Origin: a virus
Taxonomy: Duplodnaviria > Heunggongvirae > Uroviricota > Caudoviricetes
Reading direction: 5' to 3' (one strand)
Virus record (IMG/VR): IMGVR_UViG_3300047160_005224
Location: 96,403 to 160,402 of that record
DNA length: 64,000 nt
Shown here piece after piece: positions 58,572-64,000 of the stretch. Under the pieces are notes generated by a model. It made no database searches. It worked only from the letters and a program-made list of their open reading frames with translations, and was not told where the DNA came from. Numbering within the stretch: position 1 is the stretch's first letter; each line of letters begins with the position of its first letter. A program made the position numbers and the translations under genes.

Positions 58572-60584
58572 TTACTCCTTCGATGAATGAACGATTGACT
58601 TGATCTTCTTAACTTTCAATGCCTTAGCAGCAGCGTCTTCGCCAATTGCTTTTGTAGGATCATCGTAAGTCTTCATGGTTTGGGTCGCGCCACCACTCTC
58701 CAGATCAGGAATGCCCACTGCCTCGGCAACGTGTTTTCCATGCTGGTTCTTACGCACAATGAAATACTTTCCGGAACGGCGACCCTGCACAACCTCATGC
58801 ATCGTTCGCGGATGCTTCTTATCTAGGTATTCTTTTCGCGAGGAAGCTTGCTCGTGCGAATTGAATTCCTCATCAAGAATGTCATTGGTATAGGTCTCAA
58901 CCTCTTCACCAATATGGTCTTGAACCTTGAATTTATGGACTTGTCCATCGAAACTGTTCTTCATATGGATTTCCGACTTTCCCTTATGTACCACTTCACC
59001 GTCGGTCTTCTTACCAGTGTTCGGGTGATGATAAGAATGACTGCGACCCTTCATCATAGGACTTGCTGAACGAGAATGCATGATTCCCTTCTTAGCAGCG
59101 GCTCCATGATCGAACATGTCCTCAGAGATTCCAGAAGCGAACAGGTCTCCCTTCTGATCCTGAGGTAGAGGAATCTGATCAGTGTCAGCATCCAGGATCG
59201 GAGATTCAGTAGTCAGACGCTTAGCACGCGAATCAGAAGTTGATGGAGATGCTTCGTTTTGCATCGCTTGGCCAGGTGCCGATGTTGCAGCAACTTGTGC
59301 ATCAGGCAACGGCAGTGGATCAGTGTTGCCATCATCAGCACCATAGAACGATGTTTCCTTTAGGAAATCGAATTCTTCATCCAGTTCTTCGCCGAGAGCG
59401 CGCTTGGTTGCTACAGCGTACATCACAGACTTAGAACGTTCTCCATAACGCTTCTCAAAATCAGCCTTTGGAAGCTTATCAACCAACTTGTCGCGCTTCT
59501 TGCGCTGATCATCAGACATCTTTTCCTCAAGCTCTTCCTCTTCTTTCAGCTTTTGGCCAGCAGGCTTGAAATGTACTTGAGTGTTATACCAACCACCAGA
59601 AAGTGGCGCTGTATTGATGTGAATAGAAGGATGACCAGTTCGTGAAGTCTTTGAGTTCAAAACTTCACCTGCTTTGTCACGAATGCCTTGATCGTGCGCA
59701 TAACGAACATCACGCAGAACCTTTACGACGTTATCAGTCTGAGGCTTTGTGTGACGAATGTGCCAAGTAGAAGAACCATCTTCATTGTGATCCAAATTAT
59801 GGATGGTGCCATCCAAAGCCTTCTTGTGATCACGAGCATGCTTTTGAGCGATCTTGTGTGTTTCAGATTCAGCAGTACCAGAAACCTTAGCTTCAATCAG
59901 AACCGATTCACCAACTGTCCAGTATCCTTCAGTTTCAGTTGCTTCTGCAAGTTCATACTGCTCAGCAATGGATGAACCATTCTTGTAACCAGCAAGGAAA
60001 TCTTGCATCAACTTGATGTATTCCGGAGAGTCCACCTTGTGACCCTTCGTTTGCAACATCGTGTGATAAATGGAGCGCGCGGCATTCAGATTATGATTTT
60101 CCTTCTCTTCCAACACAGATTCGGTCAGAGTAAGAGAGGCATCATCATACAAGAACGTCTCATGCAGTGATGGATCATAGTCACGCATGAAGTGATGAGC
60201 ACGCGAAGACATTGCAGCCGGATCATTGTGGTGCTTCTGGCCAGAATTTAGAGCATCGGCGATGTGACGACCGTGCGCGGAATCCAGAAAGTGACCGACA
60301 ACCTTATTTGTCACCTTCATCTTGGCGCGGCGATCCTGTGCACTCGTCTTTACACCAAATTTGCTACGGAAGCTAGAATCCGTCGATTGATGCTTCGCGA
60401 GAGCATGAGTCAGAGCAGCCTTGGCGTGAGGAACGATCTTAGTCAGATGATCCTTCTTAGAAAGATCATTACCATGGAGAGTTCCAAGGAATCCATATTG
60501 CGCATTCTTCAAATGGACTGGCGCAGATTCAGCAATCACCTGTGTGACTGCGGAAACCATGCTTGTAGGAATAAGCTTAGACAT
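58572..60584 (-). CDS. large His/Lys-rich hypothetical protein (670 aa; possible internal virion protein)
   Basis: Long minus ORF. Confidence 0.6.
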   Translation of the reverse strand: MSKLIPTSMVSAVTQVIAESAPVHLKNAQYGFLGTLHGNDLSKKDHLTKIVPHAKAALTHALAKHQSTDSSFRSKFGVKTSAQDRRAKMKVTNKVVGHFLDSAHGRHIADALNSGQKHHNDPAAMSSRAHHFMRDYDPSLHETFLYDDASLTLTESVLEEKENHNLNAARSIYHTMLQTKGHKVDSPEYIKLMQDFLAGYKNGSSIAEQYELAEATETEGYWTVGESVLIEAKVSGTAESETHKIAQKHARDHKKALDGTIHNLDHNEDGSSTWHIRHTKPQTDNVVKVLRDVRYAHDQGIRDKAGEVLNSKTSRTGHPSIHINTAPLSGGWYNTQVHFKPAGQKLKEEEELEEKMSDDQRKKRDKLVDKLPKADFEKRYGERSKSVMYAVATKRALGEELDEEFDFLKETSFYGADDGNTDPLPLPDAQVAATSAPGQAMQNEASPSTSDSRAKRLTTESPILDADTDQIPLPQDQKGDLFASGISEDMFDHGAAAKKGIMHSRSASPMMKGRSHSYHHPNTGKKTDGEVVHKGKSEIHMKNSFDGQVHKFKVQDHIGEEVETYTNDILDEEFNSHEQASSRKEYLDKKHPRTMHEVVQGRRSGKYFIVRKNQHGKHVAEAVGIPDLESGGATQTMKTYDDPTKAIGEDAAAKALKVKKIKSIVHSSKE

Positions 60585-60593
60585 TGTTGTTCC

Positions 60594-62456
60594 TTAGATA
60601 TCCGTGTTTGATCTAATTGCATCGCGGTGTAGATCGGCTTTAGCGAACGAGCGCTCAGCTGCTGTGATTCTTCCATTCTGGCGATGCCACTCACCAACAA
60701 GTTGGTGATGATGTGCCATGTGATAATGATGTTCTCGAGAATCCTTTCCATGCGCATTAGCAATCAACTTATGAGCTGCTGCATTCGCGTAGACATCTTC
60801 ATGTAGTTTCTTGGCACCAACGTATGGCTTATCCTTCAAAAAGTCCATAAGATCAACATGCTTCATTCCAACTTTGCGAGCACTGATCGCAGAACCTTCT
60901 TGTTTAGAAGCCATCCAACGGTGGTGACCATCGATGATCTTGTTGTCAGAAGAAATGATGATGGGTTTACGATCCTTCTGCTGCTTCATCAAATCAACCT
61001 TCTTCTGGTTGAAGTGCTTTTGCAGAGGAGAAAGATCAGAAGCTTTGTAAGAACGAGGCTCCACCAAAGGTGAACCATGAGCTTGCAAGTCCTTTACAAA
61101 AGCATCAAAGTCATTGATTTGTGGCATATCGATTCGACGAACGCCTTTGCCATCCTTGATGCCAGGAACGGAATCTTCCTTGATGTTTTCAATGATTTTG
61201 CGAATTTGCTGAACCTTGTTAACCTTTCCAGGCTTCACCGGATTGCGATGCTTGCCTTTCGTGTCATTGCGATTTGGTTGAGCAACTTGGATTGGAACAT
61301 CGATGTCACCAACAAAACCTTCAAACAGATCATCATCCAGATTAGATCCACCATTCAACATAGCATTGACACGGTTGAACGCGAACTGTTGATGATCAAG
61401 GATGGTTTCCGTCAGAGTCCAAGAATTGATTCCACGCTTGTAGGATTCTACGATCACATCTACAGGGAAGCCAGACTCATCAGCCTTTTCATGCAGAGAA
61501 CGAATCTCTGCCTCAGAAAGCTCATAGTCTGCAACAACTCTATTTTCGCGATTGAAATCAACAACCTCAAAAAGATTCTTGACTGTTAGGGAAACGACCA
61601 TATCAACGCCTTCACTAATTCGAGTTGCTTTGAAAACTTGCTTTCCGATTCCACGAAGCTTCTCAGGCAGACCCAGAACAAATGCTTCTTCATCACCAGC
61701 TGCAGCAAGCTTGCGCAGACTGGATGCTGATGCGCCGGCAACTCCCGCATCATCTGGATCGCGAGTGCCAGCTGAAACTACTTTGATTGAATCGAAATGG
61801 AACTCAGTACCATTGTACTTCTTGACTTTTTCGGCAAGCTCATCAACTCGGTCTGAACCGACAACAAGGATGACGTCATGGTATTGAGTTTCGAGGTGCT
61901 TCAAAATTCCAAAAATGGAAGAAGCATCCTTTGGAGTTGGCTGCACGATTGAACCGAACGCTCGACGAGCGAACTGCAGCTTCTTCAAATATGGAATTGG
62001 GTTCTTTTTCTTGTCTTCAGAACGAGACAAGAAAACGAGCGGAGTTGCCTGCTTCTTCTTTGCGATGGAGCAGACTTGATCCACCAAATGCTCGTGACCG
62101 AGAGTCGGCGGATTCATGCGACCGAATGTCACGACCGCGCATGAAGACTTGGCCTCAGTGACATTCATCTTATCGATGGTCGTTGGGTCCATGTCAATTT
62201 TGTTTGCTGGCTCGCCAGTCAGAGTCTTTCCATTAGTCGGAACTTCTGCCTTTAGCGAGCCATCGTCATTACGTTCTGTATCAGCCTTCTGAAGACCACC
62301 TTCCTTCTTCGGCTTATCCTTCGCAGGATCAACAACCTTCTTGCTCTTATCCTTAGATGGACCAACAGCTCCGTCAGAAGCTTCACGGGTCTTCTTGTCA
62401 AGATCGGTGTTTTCGTTGTTTTTCTCAAGCAGATGCTTGATGAATGAAATTTGCAT
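60594..62456 (-). CDS. multidomain protein: HxGH nucleotidyltransferase (cytidylyltransferase-like) plus ParB/Srx-like nuclease domain
   Basis: Nucleotidyltransferase motif FGRMNPPTLGHEHL. ParB motif IIDGHHRWMASK near the C-terminus. Confidence 0.45.
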   Translation of the reverse strand: MQISFIKHLLEKNNENTDLDKKTREASDGAVGPSKDKSKKVVDPAKDKPKKEGGLQKADTERNDDGSLKAEVPTNGKTLTGEPANKIDMDPTTIDKMNVTEAKSSCAVVTFGRMNPPTLGHEHLVDQVCSIAKKKQATPLVFLSRSEDKKKNPIPYLKKLQFARRAFGSIVQPTPKDASSIFGILKHLETQYHDVILVVGSDRVDELAEKVKKYNGTEFHFDSIKVVSAGTRDPDDAGVAGASASSLRKLAAAGDEEAFVLGLPEKLRGIGKQVFKATRISEGVDMVVSLTVKNLFEVVDFNRENRVVADYELSEAEIRSLHEKADESGFPVDVIVESYKRGINSWTLTETILDHQQFAFNRVNAMLNGGSNLDDDLFEGFVGDIDVPIQVAQPNRNDTKGKHRNPVKPGKVNKVQQIRKIIENIKEDSVPGIKDGKGVRRIDMPQINDFDAFVKDLQAHGSPLVEPRSYKASDLSPLQKHFNQKKVDLMKQQKDRKPIIISSDNKIIDGHHRWMASKQEGSAISARKVGMKHVDLMDFLKDKPYVGAKKLHEDVYANAAAHKLIANAHGKDSREHHYHMAHHHQLVGEWHRQNGRITAAERSFAKADLHRDAIRSNTDI

Positions 62457-62506
62457 TAGATGTTCCCAGGTTTACCGTAGCCTCACTGGCAACATCTATT
62501 TATGCT

Positions 62507-63715
62507 TCATCTCTCCCAACTATGTTGGACGGAAGGATCGCGATTGAGAAAGGAAAATTCATTGCGATCCACCAATTTTACTGCTGGACTGTGTGTGCTA
62601 GACATCACAAATCCTTCATGAAAGGTTGGATGCAATTCCTCATTATTCTTGTATCGATAGAAGGTTTTGAAGTCACCAAACTCGCACTGAAACAGATTCT
62701 CCAGCATCAAATGTTTGAGGTTTGTTAGGCGCCAGATCAAATCTCTCACACGATGCCAACCCTCAGACTTAACAAACAGTATGATGGAATCCCAAATAGC
62801 ACAAAGGTCGTTCTTTCCCTTCGGACTCTTGCGCAATTGGATTTCCTTCATGAAGTATTCATTGAGCCAATACTCAAACGAATATCTGAACAATGCACGG
62901 CTGCGATCATTCTGATATTGCTTGAACAACTTTGGAAGTTGTGGATGGTTCATCATCCAATCCAACGTTACACCTAATTCATCAATATCACGATTCACCG
63001 AATCCAACATTCTGCGGAAATGAGCGGTGTTCAAGCCAAAATTTTGAATCTGTTTGATGTCGGCGTCAATGCTTTTTGCATGATACACAGAAGATGCCGG
63101 AAATGGGCGTTCATGGGATTTCAACAGAGCGTCCGGCGTTCCACTATAAGAAGTGTGCCATGCGATTCCCAATGTTCCAAAAGGCAGATTACAAGGATCT
63201 ACTTGTTCAGGAATCGGAAGCGCATAGATTATTGTATTTGGTTGGAAACAAATATGTTTCTTGCCATCAATTTCCATTGTTTCAAGGTCTGTAGCATCGT
63301 ACAGAAAATCACCCTGAAAGATTCCTTCACCAAAGAAGGTAGATGGCAACATCATATGCGACCATACGAACTTGGTCTTCAAATCATCCGAGAGATCAGA
63401 ATTTTGAATCTCCTGAGTCGACTTGAAGTAAACAGGTTGTTTATTGAAGATGCTCTTCTTTGCGACGAAGAATTTTCCGTCACGTGGATCATATCCGGCG
63501 ACGATGCTGAAGGATCCGTCGTATTTCAACGAAAGGTTGAAGTTTGGATCAATTGCTGATCCTTCGATCATCTTCACCAATTCGGTCAGATAAGCAGTCG
63601 CTGCACAAGCGCCGTGCCATCCATGCAGAACCGGCAAATCTTCAAGGTGTTCAATGTGATCAACAATGAAGCCGGTAAATCCGGCTTCATGTACATGATA
63701 TAGAGGATTTGTCAT
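62507..63715 (-). CDS. ATP-dependent polynucleotide ligase (KxDG nucleotidyltransferase; RNA ligase-like)
   Basis: 402 aa; motif I LKYDGSF. Confidence 0.5.
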   Translation of the reverse strand: MTNPLYHVHEAGFTGFIVDHIEHLEDLPVLHGWHGACAATAYLTELVKMIEGSAIDPNFNLSLKYDGSFSIVAGYDPRDGKFFVAKKSIFNKQPVYFKSTQEIQNSDLSDDLKTKFVWSHMMLPSTFFGEGIFQGDFLYDATDLETMEIDGKKHICFQPNTIIYALPIPEQVDPCNLPFGTLGIAWHTSYSGTPDALLKSHERPFPASSVYHAKSIDADIKQIQNFGLNTAHFRRMLDSVNRDIDELGVTLDWMMNHPQLPKLFKQYQNDRSRALFRYSFEYWLNEYFMKEIQLRKSPKGKNDLCAIWDSIILFVKSEGWHRVRDLIWRLTNLKHLMLENLFQCEFGDFKTFYRYKNNEELHPTFHEGFVMSSTHSPAVKLVDRNEFSFLNRDPSVQHSWER

Positions 63716-64000
63716 TAGTCGTGACCAGATTTTGCTCGTGTCAAAATATCGTGAATTGCTGCAAGGTGATGTGGCTTCAACTCAGAATGATGCATCGAAG
63801 ACAAGCGGCTAATCGCGTCCTGATGAGAACTCTGATGCTGTGAATCTGCTTGTTTCTTATCAGAAATTTGCTTCAAATGATCCTTGTGTTCATCATTCGT
63901 AAGCTTCTTGGTAACACCAATTCCCTTTGAAGGATCATGGACAACGTTGTGGCGAATAGCAGTCGCATAAGAATCATTGTGTTCTCCGACCTTGCGACCA
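63716..64000 (-). CDS. hypothetical protein, 3' portion (gene continues beyond the window)
   Basis: Minus reading frame open to the window edge. Stop TAA overlaps the ATG of the ligase (TAATG). Lys/His-rich. Confidence 0.4.

Noticed and set aside
1-64000. CRISPR arrays, integrase/transposase genes, attachment sites
   Set aside because: No direct-repeat/spacer periodicity and no recombinase-like ORF seen. The only repeated noncoding units are the promoter/operator cassette and the tRNA-like elements.

Overview
This window reads as a segment of a large lytic, tailed dsDNA phage genome (T4-like or jumbo-phage style). Almost every gene is on the minus strand and tightly packed; the overlapping plus-strand ORFs look like antisense shadows. 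From low to high coordinate it contains: (1) a dense minus-strand tRNA array at 58-3596 with about 26 tRNA or tRNA-like genes, plus about a dozen more tRNA and tRNA-like elements scattered over 7.3-10.5 kb and at 30.5 kb; (2) a circularly permuted two-piece tmRNA gene at about 11.34-11.70 kb, with tag reading frame ANDDTFEVRLAA and a G3-U70 acceptor pair; (3) an accessory island at 16-25 kb holding an NAD+ salvage pair, nicotinamide phosphoribosyltransferase (NadV-like) and a bifunctional NMN adenylyltransferase/Nudix protein (NatV/NadM-like), separated by a tandem array of six diverging ~150-aa paralogs and many small ORFs; (4) an HD-like protein and a metallophosphoesterase; (5) a Toprim protein, two vWA proteins (one possibly Ro60/TROVE-like), an SPFH/band-7 protein, a SpoT-type HD hydrolase and an AAA+ ATPase; (6) a nucleotide-metabolism and replication block: dCMP deaminase, NDT-like protein, PhoH, 5'-deoxyribonucleotidase, RNase H/FEN, RuvC-like resolvase, class Ia RNR NrdA/NrdB with a MazG-like gene between them, and a gp61-like primase; (7) lysis and morphogenesis genes: SleB-type cell wall hydrolase, an overlapping i-/o-spanin pair, a collagen-like tail fibre and assembly protein, large virion-like proteins, a nucleotidyltransferase-ParB fusion and a KxDG ligase. 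Five intergenic regions carry the same cassette: copies of a ~14-bp motif AATCA(A/G)TGACTTAC next to a sigma70-like TTGACN-N16-TATGAT promoter reading into minus-strand genes. All calls rest on reading the sequence and ORF track by eye; tRNA coordinates are accurate to within a few nt and isotypes follow from hand-folded anticodon loops.
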